From: Chloroflexota bacterium
GTDB taxonomy: Bacteria; Chloroflexota; UBA11872; VXNJ01
Length of the DNA stretch: 64,000 nt
Direction of reading: 5' to 3'
NCBI GenBank assembly: GCA_965261345.1
Contig: OZ253449.1
Coordinates: 1,600,001-1,664,000 of the forward strand
This document shows positions 47,240 through 57,634 of the stretch, in pieces. The notes under the pieces were generated by a model, which was not told where the DNA came from, made no database searches, and was given only the letters and a program-made list of their open reading frames with translations. The position numbers and the translations under genes are program-made. Position 1 is the first letter of the stretch. Every line of letters begins with the position of its first letter.

Positions 47240-49315
47240 CTAGAAACCAGGCCGAAAAGCCCAAAACGCGCGTCGGGGCTCAAACAGATTAGCAATGACC
47301 TCGAAGACCTCCCTGAGGCCGCCAAACCGATTTAGGACACTCTGGATCGATATTTCGTGGGAATTCTGGGCCCATGCAACGATCGCGCCGGCGGCAACCG
47401 CATTTTTAAGACCCCGCGCCAAATCCCGATTCGCAGGTCCTTCCATTACCGGCGCAGAAGCTACTTCCCGGCCTTCGGCGACCCCGTTCCGATTGCCCTC
47501 CATCGCCATCTGCGCCGCCTCCCGGCCGTTTGCGGCGGCCGCGGTCAGCCCGGCTTCCCGGCCCGGGTCGGTTCCCGAGGGTTTCCTTTTCCACGACTCC
47601 CCTTCGGCAAGCGTTAGGTTGGCCACCGTGGCCGCCATCAGCAGCTGGAACCCGGCAAGTTGCCTGCCAAAGAACCGCGACTGGCGCACGCCCAGCTGGC
47701 AGAGCCTGGCCAGGCGGTGCTCGACGCGGGTTCTAAGGCGCGCGATCTTTAAGCCTTCCTTACTGCGCTGGCGGATGCGGGCCTGCTGCAGCAGGCGTTC
47801 CTGGGGATGGACGCTGATGCGGCGGTTGGGTTTGGTCGCAGAGCGTATGCAGGATCTCTTGAGCGGACAGGCCGAGCACTGCTCTTTAGCGAAGTGGAAG
47901 AGGCCGGCGCGTGTCTTGGCGCTGCGCCGGGAGCGCGAGCGGCGGTAATCGGAAGTTATCTGCCCGGCCGGGCAGGTGCAGGTTCCCTTTTCCAGATCGA
48001 TGGCAAAGTCCTGCTTTACAAAGTAGCGGCTGGCTGGTTTACCCGGCGCCCTGGCGAAGAGGTCGTACCCGGCGTCGGCGAAGTCCTTGCGGGTGTCGCC
48101 AGCCCCGTAGGCGCAGTCGCCGATGACGATCTCGACTTTGGCGGCGGCGTTCTCTTCGGCCTCCCGCACCAGCGCCAGGGCGCCGCAGTTGTCGGGGGCG
48201 TTGCCCGGGATCACGTCCACCGCGGTTACCAGGCCGGTTGACAAATCTACGGCGATGGCGGCCTTGTGGCCGGCAAAGCGGTTGGTCGAGCTCTTGCGTC
48301 CATGGCGCATCTGCGGATCGTGCGCCGATATGATCCGGTCGCGTCCGCCCCGGACGATCTCCACTTCCTCGCCATCTGCGCCGTCGGCCGAATCCCTGGC
48401 CGCGACACCCCTGTCTCTGACCGCCACCGGGGCGGGATCGACCTCGCCGGCGTCGGTTCTCGCCGGCAGCAGCAGCCGATCGCGGTCGTCGGGAACCGGT
48501 TTTGCCGGTTCCGCGGGGACGCGTTTTACGTCCTGGAGCAGGATCTGCGACAGCAGCTGCGAGCAGGCCAGGATCTTATCGGCGCGCTTATTGTCGGGAG
48601 CAGGGGATTCAAGCGCGCTGCGGGCCCTTGCCAGCAGCGAGTCGGCGTCTCTGACGATCCGCCCCAGGAACCGGCGGCGCTGTTTACGGTCCGACCAGTC
48701 GATGGCGACAGCGCCCTTCAGGCTCTTGCCGGCATGCAGGTTGTAGCCGTGTTGGCGGGCCCACTCTTTGGGGTCTTGGCCATCCTGTTCGGCCAGGGCG
48801 CCGACCAGCAGGCGGCAGCCGTCCCCGATCAGGTTGTAGGCGTCCCGCACCGCGCCCCTGCCCAGGATGGCGGTGGTATCGATCGCCAGCTTCATGCTCT
48901 GGCCCTTGAAGAAGCCCTTTTTGCGGGCGTGCTGCAGGGAGCGGCGAAATATCCCCCGCGCCCTGCCGTGAACGATCAGCTGCGAGCGAAACAGCTGCAA
49001 TGTGGACTTGGCGAACGCGCGTTCTTCCAGCTCGGTCCCCAGCGCCACCTTCCAGCGCAGGTCGTAGTCGGCCCGCTGCTTGGCCTCGTTGTCAGAGACC
49101 TTATCGTGGGCCTGCAGCAGGAGAACGGTGGCCAGCAGCGAGGGCGCCACGCTGGGGCGGCCGTTGTCGGCGCAGTAGAGATCGGCGAAATCTTCGTCTT
49201 TGAACAGCTCTCCCCGCATGCCCGCCAGGCGGCCGTAGAAGGTATCGCGTCCTACGTAGTCAAGGTGCAGGCCGTCGGTCGGGAAGAAGCCCTTTTGGGC
49301 ATGGGTCCCCAGCAT
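47240..49315 (-). CDS. IS1182-family transposase
   Basis: GRPS..P..L...LLLQ...SD, IDTT, GRKS...F.GHK, GDCAYG, CTCPAG, CSACPLK..C, R..VEH...L. Confidence 0.88.
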   Translation of the reverse strand: MLGTHAQKGFFPTDGLHLDYVGRDTFYGRLAGMRGELFKDEDFADLYCADNGRPSVAPSLLATVLLLQAHDKVSDNEAKQRADYDLRWKVALGTELEERAFAKSTLQLFRSQLIVHGRARGIFRRSLQHARKKGFFKGQSMKLAIDTTAILGRGAVRDAYNLIGDGCRLLVGALAEQDGQDPKEWARQHGYNLHAGKSLKGAVAIDWSDRKQRRRFLGRIVRDADSLLARARSALESPAPDNKRADKILACSQLLSQILLQDVKRVPAEPAKPVPDDRDRLLLPARTDAGEVDPAPVAVRDRGVAARDSADGADGEEVEIVRGGRDRIISAHDPQMRHGRKSSTNRFAGHKAAIAVDLSTGLVTAVDVIPGNAPDNCGALALVREAEENAAAKVEIVIGDCAYGAGDTRKDFADAGYDLFARAPGKPASRYFVKQDFAIDLEKGTCTCPAGQITSDYRRSRSRRSAKTRAGLFHFAKEQCSACPLKRSCIRSATKPNRRISVHPQERLLQQARIRQRSKEGLKIARLRTRVEHRLARLCQLGVRQSRFFGRQLAGFQLLMAATVANLTLAEGESWKRKPSGTDPGREAGLTAAAANGREAAQMAMEGNRNGVAEGREVASAPVMEGPANRDLARGLKNAVAAGAIVAWAQNSHEISIQSVLNRFGGLREVFEVIANLFEPRRAFWAFRPGF

Positions 49316-49436
49316 GTCTCCACCACCCGGCAATGCTATGTTTTTATCAATGGAAAGGCTCCGCAAGATGCCTGTTGATATTTTATATGTTTGATGACGG
49401 ATTAGCCCTTTGTACAGGGGCTTTTCGGCCGGGCTT
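47244..49436 (-). mobile_element. IS1182-family element
   Basis: IRs AAACCAGGCCGAAAAGCCC and (reverse complement) AAGCCCGGCCGAAAAGCCC. CTAG duplicated at 47240-47243 and 49437-49440. Confidence 0.88.
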
Positions 49437-50087
49437 CTAGAACATGCGCGCCTGGATCGAGGCCGCCACCGTAAATTCAATATCGCGAATAGCTTGGGTC
49501 ATCGCTCGACCGATCAGGTCCAATTTCCGCACCTGTTCAATTCGACCAGAGACCTGTTCCAGCTCGTGGCGTGCGAGGATCTCGCCAAAGATCCCGCAGG
49601 CGTCGGCAAGGCAAATGACCATGACGTCGCGCGGGTGCGGAATCTCGTCGCTAAATAGCACCCCCATGATGCGCAGTTTCACCTCGCGCTCGGCCTTGCC
49701 GTCAATTGCCGGGTAGCGCCGGGACTCAAACACCCACAGGAAACGGTCTTCGCGGCGGTCCAAGATTCCCTTGGCAACTAGCCGCGAAAGCGCCTCGTCG
49801 CGAATCTGGTCGGCGTGGTTGGCAATGCGCTCTAGCCAGAAGCTAACGTCGCGCTGCTCCCTACCCGCGATTTCGGCCAGGGCAGGATCGAGCAGACTGT
49901 CGCCCAGCGGGCTGGAATCGACTACCACCAGCTTCTCCAGATCAGTGTCGATGCGGTCCTCAATCGCCAGGTCCATCAAGACGGCCCCGGCGAGCGCATA
50001 GCTCAGCGACCAGCTGGGCACATTGGCGAATCGGCCGTCCTCGTCGCCGAGCAGTAAGAGGATGATCTCCTCAACAAATCTGAGCAT
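49437..50087 (-). CDS. GPP34/GOLPH3 (Golgi phosphoprotein 3-like) family protein
   Basis: EEIILLLL, LAGAVLMDLA...RI, L...GIL......LWVF..RRYP. Confidence 0.8.
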   Translation of the reverse strand: MLRFVEEIILLLLGDEDGRFANVPSWSLSYALAGAVLMDLAIEDRIDTDLEKLVVVDSSPLGDSLLDPALAEIAGREQRDVSFWLERIANHADQIRDEALSRLVAKGILDRREDRFLWVFESRRYPAIDGKAEREVKLRIMGVLFSDEIPHPRDVMVICLADACGIFGEILARHELEQVSGRIEQVRKLDLIGRAMTQAIRDIEFTVAASIQARMF

Positions 50088-50504
50088 GTCGTTAGTTTTC
50101 CCAAGCGCTGAAATCGGTGCAATCCTAGAAGACTTTAACCGGCCCTGCAGGTTGCGACCTCATCTTTACCGACCGTTGCGGAGCTCGATTCCGAGTTGCC
50201 GCCGTTGGCCGGGCCCGGCGCCGAGCGCGGGGTGTTGGACATGGGCGATCATTTTTCCCGTCATCGCCGGTGGTCGGTGCCGCAGATCTGCCGCCGGTCG
50301 CCCAACGCTCGACCGTTTAGCGCTTTCTCGCTTGCCGCCGCAACCGTCCATTGGCATCATTGCCGGCGCCGTTTCGGTCACTTTGGCGCATGATATGAGA
50401 TTGCGCCGCGTTGCCCCGGTGGCCGGTAGCTGTTTGGCAGCCCGGTCCGGCCCGTGCGCGGCATTCAAGCTAAGCAAAATGTCGACTTTGACCCTGGAAC
50501 AGCG

Positions 50505-52220
50505 ATGAATTTAGCCAAGGCGACTGCCATCACGATCTCTAAGACCGAGGCATTTGCCCGGCGGGGAATGGTGGCCAGCAAGGATGTGCACGCCACCCGA
50601 GCGGGCCTGCAGATGCTAGAAGCGGGCGGTAATGCGGTTGACGCCGCGGTCGCTGCCGCATTTGCGATCGGCGTCGTCGAGCCAACTTCCAGCGGCATCG
50701 GCGGCGGCGGTTATCTTGTTTATCAGGTCGGCTCCAAGGGCGGCGTGATCGGATTTCCGATGAAGGGGCCATCGGCCGCCCGGCCGGGCATGTACGCGCT
50801 GTCGGGCCAGGATTCGGTGGGCAGCTTCGGCTGGGCCGGGGTGGTCGGTGACGAAAACCTGGTTGGTCCCAGATCGATCGCGGTCCCGGGGGCCGTGGCG
50901 GGACTCTGCCTGGCCCACCGGCGCCTCGGTCGATTGCCGCTATTGGAAGTAATGGATCCGGCGATCGCATTGGCCCGGGACGGTCACCGGCCTGGATGGC
51001 ACAACCTCTATGCATTGGGGATGGCGGTTCCCCAATTGCTCGGATTTGTCGAGCTTAGAAAGATCTTCATGCCCGGGGGCCAGCTCCCGGCGGGCGACCT
51101 GGCCAGCCCGGTTAGCTTCCGGCAGCCGGAACTAGCCGATGTGCTCGAAATTGTTGGCCGCGAAGGTCCCGAGGCGTTCTATGCGGGCGACGTCGCCCGC
51201 GCGATCACCTCCGACATCCAGGCCAGCGGCGGAATCATCTCAGAACGCGACCTGGCCGAATACCGCCCGTTCGATTGGGATGCGGGTCTCGAATTCCGGT
51301 ACTCGGGTCACACCGTGCGGGTGCCACCGTTTGCCTGTGCCGGAACCACCTCGGCAATGACCCTGAAGCTGCTGGACCGGTTTGCAATCGGGTCTGCGGG
51401 ACACAACTCAACCGAGGCGCTCCACGCCTACATCTGCAGCGCCCGGTTGGCCTATGCGGACCGCTACGAGCACTTGGCCGATCCAAATTTTGCCAATGTT
51501 CCATGGGCGGGACTGGTTTCCGATGGCTATGCCGACCACCGCCGCCGGACCGTCGCAAATCGCGTTCCCGACCCGGCCGAAGCGGGAAACCCGTGGGCTT
51601 TTGACGACGCAGTTCCAGGTGAGAAACTGGCGGCCAGCGCTCCGGCGTTCGACTCGGGAACGACGCATCTTTGCGTAATGGACGCTGACGGCAACGCGGT
51701 CTCGCTGACCAACACCCTCATGGCCAGCTTTGGGTCGGGGTTCGTACCCAAAGGCACCGGCGTCGTGATGAACAACGGCATGATGTGGTTCGATCCGATT
51801 CCGGGTCGGATCAATTCGATCATGCCGGGCAAATACCCGCTAAACAACATGACCCCGGCGCTGGTGCTGGATTCACAAGGCGTGAGGATGTCGGTCGGCG
51901 CCTCGGGTGGGCGGCGAATTACCAATTGCGTGACCCAGTTGATCTCCAAGGTAATCGACTTTGGAATGGGCCCGCAAGCGGCGATCGATTCGCCCCGCCT
52001 GGACTGCTCGCAGCCGATTACCGCCGTAGATCCGCGGATTCCACCCGAAGTTGTTGCCCGACTCCAAGCCCGCGGGCACCAAATCCAGGTCGCTAGCGAC
52101 ACCCACCTCGAGGGTGGATTTGCCAGCTTTGCCAGCCCCTTAGTTATCGTCGGCAATTCGGGCGCCGGATTCCGCGCCGGGGTGGACACGTTCCATTCGG
52201 CCCACGCTGAGGGGCTTTGA
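50505..52220 (+). CDS. ggt: Gamma-glutamyltransferase family protein
   Basis: GGNAVDAAVA, SGIGGG, VPG.VAG, TTHLCVMD..GN..SLTNT, NNGM. Confidence 0.9.
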   Translation: MNLAKATAITISKTEAFARRGMVASKDVHATRAGLQMLEAGGNAVDAAVAAAFAIGVVEPTSSGIGGGGYLVYQVGSKGGVIGFPMKGPSAARPGMYALSGQDSVGSFGWAGVVGDENLVGPRSIAVPGAVAGLCLAHRRLGRLPLLEVMDPAIALARDGHRPGWHNLYALGMAVPQLLGFVELRKIFMPGGQLPAGDLASPVSFRQPELADVLEIVGREGPEAFYAGDVARAITSDIQASGGIISERDLAEYRPFDWDAGLEFRYSGHTVRVPPFACAGTTSAMTLKLLDRFAIGSAGHNSTEALHAYICSARLAYADRYEHLADPNFANVPWAGLVSDGYADHRRRTVANRVPDPAEAGNPWAFDDAVPGEKLAASAPAFDSGTTHLCVMDADGNAVSLTNTLMASFGSGFVPKGTGVVMNNGMMWFDPIPGRINSIMPGKYPLNNMTPALVLDSQGVRMSVGASGGRRITNCVTQLISKVIDFGMGPQAAIDSPRLDCSQPITAVDPRIPPEVVARLQARGHQIQVASDTHLEGGFASFASPLVIVGNSGAGFRAGVDTFHSAHAEGL

Positions 52221-52500
52221 CTTCTCCCGGGTGGGCGGGAGTTGCCCGGCGGGACCAATGCTCCAATTGCATTGCAATTCCTGATCTAAGATGCTGCTGG
52301 CATTGCGGCCGGATGCGAAAGCAACGTCCCAATTGGGTTGCGCAACCGGGCTCAGTCCGGCTTTAAGTTGCCGTTCAGGCTTTGCCGAGTTGATCTGTCC
52401 GCTCGCTCGGAATTGATTGGGGTTGCGCTTTGTGCAGAATTTGAAACGCAATTAGTAACAACTGATTGCGACAGATCGTATTTCTCCCGAGGAAGCCCTA

Positions 52501-52998
52501 ATGACGGTTACTGATGAAGTATTGGCGAGCAACGCTCAATACGCGGCAAGTTTTGAAGTGGGCGGCCTCCCGATGCCGCCGGGACGCAAATTGGCGGTGG
52601 TAGCGTGCATGGACGCACGTTTAGACACCCACAAGCTGCTGGGCCTCAAAGAGGGCGACGCGCACGTGATACGCAATGCCGGCGGAGTGGTCAGCGACGA
52701 TGTAATCCGCTCGCTGGTAATTTCCCAACGCTTGTTGGGCACCCAGGAAATCGTGCTCATTCACCACACCGACTGCGGCATGCTCACATTCTCAGACGAT
52801 GCCGTAAAGGCCGCAATCGAGGACGATACCGGAATTCGTCCGGCGTTTGCCTTGGAAGCCTTTCCAGACTCGGAAAAGGATGTGCGCCAATCCATTGCCC
52901 GCATTAAGGCCAGCCCCTTTATTCCCTCAAAGGACCAGGTGCGCGGGTTCATTTACGATTGCGACACCGGTCAACTCAACGAGGTATCGCCCGCCTAA
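52501..52998 (+). CDS. Beta-carbonic anhydrase (small Rv1284/clade-D-like)
   Basis: CMDARL, RNAGG, HHTDCGM. Confidence 0.92.
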   Translation: MTVTDEVLASNAQYAASFEVGGLPMPPGRKLAVVACMDARLDTHKLLGLKEGDAHVIRNAGGVVSDDVIRSLVISQRLLGTQEIVLIHHTDCGMLTFSDDAVKAAIEDDTGIRPAFALEAFPDSEKDVRQSIARIKASPFIPSKDQVRGFIYDCDTGQLNEVSPA

Positions 52999-53498
52999 CC
53001 CAAGCGGGCGTGGCCCGGCGACCCATATTCACCCTGGGAAGTTGCGCCCGACCTAAATCATTCCGGCCCCAACCGAAGCGACCGCGGCCCGGCCCATCGA
53101 TTGAGAAACGCGTGCCAGGGCCAGTCGGCGTCGCCGCCGGTTGGGGCGCCTTCGGACGCGAACGGATTTCGGCTATATGCGGCCGCGGCAGCGCCGGTCT
53201 CAGGATCTCAGGTTGGCATCAGGTGCAGGCGAGAATCTCTCCATCGGGGCTTGGTGATTTCAGGGATCGTGGTCGATGTCGGGTGCGCAAATTTATTGGC
53301 CGCGCGGCAACGGCGAGCAGACCGACCTTGGGTTGATCAGCCATGGCCGGCCGGCGCCAAAAGCCGCGGTCGGCGGTATCTGGATCCGGTACTGCCTGCC
53401 GCTGGGGGTATCTGGCCTGACATTGCAACCTGCTCGCGCCACCTGGCGCCGTCCTCCCTGAACTGCCACCCGCAAGACCGATTCATAGGCGTCACAAT

Positions 53499-54092
53499 AT
53501 GGCCATAAATCAACCCGATGATTTTTTTGACAACCAGTTCACGCGCCAATTCGGGTTTCCCAAACGGGCCCCGGCGACCAAGTTGGAAGAACGGTTGCAG
53601 GGCGAGCTGCGTAAATTCATCGCCGAGTCACCCTTCCTGGTTATGGCCACGAGCGCAGCCGATGGCTCATGTGACGCATCGCCCAAGGGCGGCCGGCCGG
53701 GCTGGGTCAAGATCCTCAACGACCGGCAGCTCCTCATCCCGGATGTGGCCGGCAATCGGTTGTTTCAGTCGTATCTCAACATGGCTGAAAACCCGCAGAT
53801 CGGGCTGATTTTCTTCCAGCCCGGTGACAACGAGACTGTTCGGGTAAACGGCACGGTCGAGATGATCGATCGCGACGCGCTGGACGAGTTGCAGATCGAC
53901 CTGCAGGTCTTTGATCCGGACGAAAACGCCAGGATATTGCAGGGAATCGTGGTAACGGTAGCAGAAGCATACACCCATTGCCCGCGATCGCTGGTGTTCT
54001 CAAGGTTTTGGGATGGTGCCGGCAATCGACCGGTGCGCGGTGACCGCAGACTTCGTCGCAACAAGCAGCAACCGGGCTCCGATTCAACCTAG
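53499..54092 (+). CDS. Pyridoxamine 5'-phosphate oxidase-like FMN-binding protein
   Basis: FI..SPF.V.AT....G.CDASPKGG..G, PD..GN, HCPRS. Confidence 0.85.
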   Translation: MAINQPDDFFDNQFTRQFGFPKRAPATKLEERLQGELRKFIAESPFLVMATSAADGSCDASPKGGRPGWVKILNDRQLLIPDVAGNRLFQSYLNMAENPQIGLIFFQPGDNETVRVNGTVEMIDRDALDELQIDLQVFDPDENARILQGIVVTVAEAYTHCPRSLVFSRFWDGAGNRPVRGDRRLRRNKQQPGSDST

Positions 54093-54306
54093 AAAAAGCG
54101 CCCTGTTAAGACCGGCCCTTCAAGAATTTCAGCGCATCCGCAATCGCCTCGGCGTGATCGCGCAACCGACCTCAGGTCCAGTTGCTGGGATCCGGCGAAG
54201 ATCGGCCTTCCTGCCAATTGCCCTTGAAAACGGGAGCCGGTGCCCTCGGGTGCCGGCCCAACCAGATAGCGGCCCGCTCCTGGGGCAGCCCGCGCGGCGA
54301 AGATTC

Positions 54307-54774
54307 CTAACCTGAGACCGGATCGTGGTTGATCTGCCAGGTGATCCCGAATCGGTCGATGAACATTGGGTAATAGCTGCCCCAGTGCGCGTTAGCTAGC
54401 GGGGCGATGACCGTGCCGCCCGCAGACAGCTTTTCAAAGATTTGCTCGGTTTCGGCGCGGCTGGTGGGATGGACTCAGACTGAGAAGTTATCCCCCACGG
54501 TCAGATCGGGGCAGTCGGTCGATATGGCATCGCTGCCCATCAGGTCATTGGATCCGATCGGCAGGGAAACGTGGATTATCCGATCCCGGTCGGCTTCGGC
54601 GATCTCCAAGTTCAGGGGCGCTTGCCCAAAGGTTGCGATAAACGAAAAGTCCCCGCCGAACACCGACCGGTAGAACTCAAATGCCTTGCGGCAATTGCCG
54701 GGGAACGTCAGGTAGGGATTAATGACCGTGGGCCGGTTCGCTTTTAAGGATTGGAGAATTGGACGCCGCGCCAA
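54307..54774 (-). pseudogene. VOC/PhnB-family gene with in-frame TGA at 54475-54477
   Basis: NPYLTFPGNCR.AFEFY.SVFGG...LMGSD...NFSV*VHP...F.KLS.GG.V..PL....WG.Y..MF.DRFGI.W.IN, ending TAG at 54307. Confidence 0.8.
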
Positions 54775-54955
54775 TCCTACATTTCCCGCAGCCGGCCGAC
54801 AGGACGCCGTAAGGCGGCGGCGGGATCTACTCGGAGGCCGGATATGCCCGTTCCGGGCTCGTGTGGCTTTCTGGTGCCAATATCCTTAAATTACCGGGCG
54901 CGCTTTAAGTCCAAAGTGCACGGATAGCTTTCCGCCAACAGGTGGCCGAGACAAT

Positions 54956-56596
54956 TTGATGGTTCAAGTCAAGTCCAAATATTTAAGCCGCAGCAGGCTG
55001 ATCGCGGCCGTAGCGGTCGCGACGCTGGTCCTGGCCGCGTCCGGCATATTTACCTTGCCGACATCTGGGCAGACCGAAGACGCGGGTTGCGACCTTGCGC
55101 CCTGGCTGCGCGGGGCCCTGCTGTCGGCGCAGAACTACGACCTGCCCTCCTACAGCTGCGACGATCTGGAACTGCTTGACGGGGATGAACACGTCATCTG
55201 GGACTTTTCCCGGCGGAACCTAACTTCATTTGCAATAAGCGATGACGACTACGAACGCCTGCTTGACTTGAGCGACCTGCCGGCCGAGTCCGATCCGGGA
55301 GATCTCGACGGGTTTGGACGCAACGAGGATACCCGCTTGATCGACTTGACTGGAAACCCACTAACGGTGCGCAGCGTGGACTTTCGCAACATCCCGGTCG
55401 GGGTGGGCATCGCCCTCTCGGCGAGCAATGTGCAAACGCTCCGGGGATTCCAATCCGATGTTTACCAGCTCACCGAGAACTCTGTTGGCTACGTATCGAT
55501 TGCCCTGCCCGGAGTCCTGGACCGCGATGAGCAATCGATCGTTATCGACCCGGACCTGACCGGCGACACCGAACTGGCCTCGATCGGGCGCGACATGCTC
55601 TTGCACGGCGACGCCTACGGTGTTGTCTACTACTGGCCGGTCCATGTTCGATCCGACAACGAGAACGATTCGTCCGGGTCCATTTCGGTCGAACTGGACG
55701 AAAATTCGGCCGACAGCTACGATTCAGCCAACGGGTCGGGGCGCGGCCGGGCGCTCGATCTTTCCGATTTCCTAGACCATAGCGAAGCTGAACTCGACAT
55801 CGCCGACGCCGACTCCCCGCGGGTGGAGGTCTGCCACCGCACCCGGGTGGTCGAAGATGCCATCGAGGATGCGCTGCCCAGATCGATTAGGAACAACGGC
55901 TGCGACATTACCCTGGCTGACCTGGGCACCGTAACCGAGCTGGAACTCGAAGATGACGACGGCGAAGTCTTCGACCTTGCCGACGGCGACCTGGACGGCC
56001 TTACCGGAATTCGATCACTCGGGCTGATAGGGGTCGACGAGTTGCCGCGCGGGATTTTTGTTGGAGTCGGCGACATTGAACGCGGTCTGGTAATCGACTT
56101 TGCCGAAAATGATCCGGATCGCAGCGGCGACCCGGTGGCGGGCAACTACACTCCCAGCTCACTGCCCGGCCACATCCTCGACTTCCAGGAGCCGCACCAG
56201 ACCCTCCTGCTTTCGGGCGACCGGGTCGGGCGGACCAACCAGCCGCAGGTTACCGGATTGGATCGGGAAATATATTTCGCCGGCAATTCCGGTGATTTTG
56301 TGGCGCTGCTGCCGGTCTCCTACACCGGCGACGTCGACGAGGAATTGACCCACTATGCGATCGGGCGGCTCGGCGGACTGGGCTACGAATTCAACCGCGA
56401 TTCGATCCCGGTGGCCGATGACGTCCAGCTAGATGAGGTCGATGCGGAAGATGACGATGTCGCCTATCTTGCGGTCAGGATTTCCCAGGAGGAATTAGAC
56501 AGCGAAAGCACTGGGCAGCTGGTGCTGTTTATCTTCAAAGATGATTCTGAGGAATTTGACGGCCTGGTCGATTGGGCATACATAGACACTCGCTGA
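54956..56596 (+). CDS. Acidic secreted protein, paralog 3 (Cys cap / degenerate LRR / Calx-beta-like, module x2)
   Basis: Signal peptide. FAISDDD, IDLTGNPL, VDFRNIP, GFQ..Y..TE, VCHRT..V..AI, LP.GIF.GVG, QEP.Q shared with 6147..7871. Confidence 0.82.
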   Translation: MMVQVKSKYLSRSRLIAAVAVATLVLAASGIFTLPTSGQTEDAGCDLAPWLRGALLSAQNYDLPSYSCDDLELLDGDEHVIWDFSRRNLTSFAISDDDYERLLDLSDLPAESDPGDLDGFGRNEDTRLIDLTGNPLTVRSVDFRNIPVGVGIALSASNVQTLRGFQSDVYQLTENSVGYVSIALPGVLDRDEQSIVIDPDLTGDTELASIGRDMLLHGDAYGVVYYWPVHVRSDNENDSSGSISVELDENSADSYDSANGSGRGRALDLSDFLDHSEAELDIADADSPRVEVCHRTRVVEDAIEDALPRSIRNNGCDITLADLGTVTELELEDDDGEVFDLADGDLDGLTGIRSLGLIGVDELPRGIFVGVGDIERGLVIDFAENDPDRSGDPVAGNYTPSSLPGHILDFQEPHQTLLLSGDRVGRTNQPQVTGLDREIYFAGNSGDFVALLPVSYTGDVDEELTHYAIGRLGGLGYEFNRDSIPVADDVQLDEVDAEDDDVAYLAVRISQEELDSESTGQLVLFIFKDDSEEFDGLVDWAYIDTR

Positions 56597-56638
56597 TCCT
56601 CCCGCGCTAATTGGTTCCGGCCCGCGGTTGGAGAACAG

Positions 56639-57634
56639 CTAGCGGCCGGCCCGGTCGCGCCCCAGATCGATTAAGCAGCCGCCCCAGGACAGTCCCGCAC
56701 CGAAGGCCACCAGCATCACCTTGTTGGCCCCGGCCAATCGACCGTCGTTATCGGCTTCGGCCAGCGCGATCGGAATTGAGGCGGCCGAGGTGTTGCCGTA
56801 ACGGTCGACGTTGATTACGAATTTTTCGATCGGAATTCCAAGCTGATCGGCCGCCAGGTTGATGATCCGGACATTGGCCTGGTGGGGAATGATCAGGTCC
56901 AGATCCTCGAGGCCGACCCCGGCCTTGCGGGCGGTCGCCGCGATGGTGTCGGCCATTGCGGTGATTGCGAATTTATACACCTCGCGACCATCCATTTGCA
57001 GGTCCAGCGAGCCGTTGAACCCGGAATTGGCGGCCAACCGACCAAAGCTGTTTGACCGGTACAACGACTTGGCCCCGCCACCGTCGGATCCAAGCGAAAA
57101 AGCCAGGAACGAATCGTGCTGGCCCTGGCCATCGATTACCGCGGCGCCCGCCCCGTCGCCAAAGAGTACGCAGGTTGAGCGATCCGACCAGTCCACGATC
57201 CGCGACATTGTCTCGGCGCCGATTACCAAGGCGTTGCGCACCCGCCCGAGGTCAACCTGGGCGGTGGCCAGCGAAAGTCCGTAGATGAATCCGGTACAGG
57301 CGGTGTTGATGTCGACCGCCCCGGCCGATTTGGCGCCCAGGGCGTCCTGGACCAGGTTGGCCACCGCCGGAAAACCAAGGTCCGGGGTGATCGTGGCCAC
57401 GATCACCAATTCGACCGCCGACGGTTTCAGGCCGGCTTGCCCTAAGGCCTGCTGGGCCGCGCCCAATGCGAGGCTGAAAGTCGATTCGTCTTCGCTGGCA
57501 ACCCGCCGCTCGGTTATCCCGGTTCGGGAACGGATCCATTCGTCGGATGTGGCTACCATGCCGGCCAATTCGGCATTGCTGCGGATGTGGGTCGGGACCG
57601 ACATCCCCAGTCCGGCGATTCGGGCCCGCATCAT
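56639..57634 (-). CDS. fabH: 3-oxoacyl-ACP synthase III
   Basis: WI.SRTGI.ERR, ACTGF, LFGDGAGA, PHQAN.RI, GNTSAAS, FGAGL.WG. Confidence 0.95.
   Translation of the reverse strand: MMRARIAGLGMSVPTHIRSNAELAGMVATSDEWIRSRTGITERRVASEDESTFSLALGAAQQALGQAGLKPSAVELVIVATITPDLGFPAVANLVQDALGAKSAGAVDINTACTGFIYGLSLATAQVDLGRVRNALVIGAETMSRIVDWSDRSTCVLFGDGAGAAVIDGQGQHDSFLAFSLGSDGGGAKSLYRSNSFGRLAANSGFNGSLDLQMDGREVYKFAITAMADTIAATARKAGVGLEDLDLIIPHQANVRIINLAADQLGIPIEKFVINVDRYGNTSAASIPIALAEADNDGRLAGANKVMLVAFGAGLSWGGCLIDLGRDRAGR

Noticed and set aside
48266-49378. 370-aa plus-strand ORF inside IS1182
   Set aside because: Antisense shadow of a GC-rich transposase with no domain features.
53000-53498. Overlapping short ORFs between the carbonic anhydrase and the FMN-binding gene
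   Set aside because: Arg/Pro/Gly-rich translations typical of GC-rich non-coding DNA, with no motif or convincing RBS.
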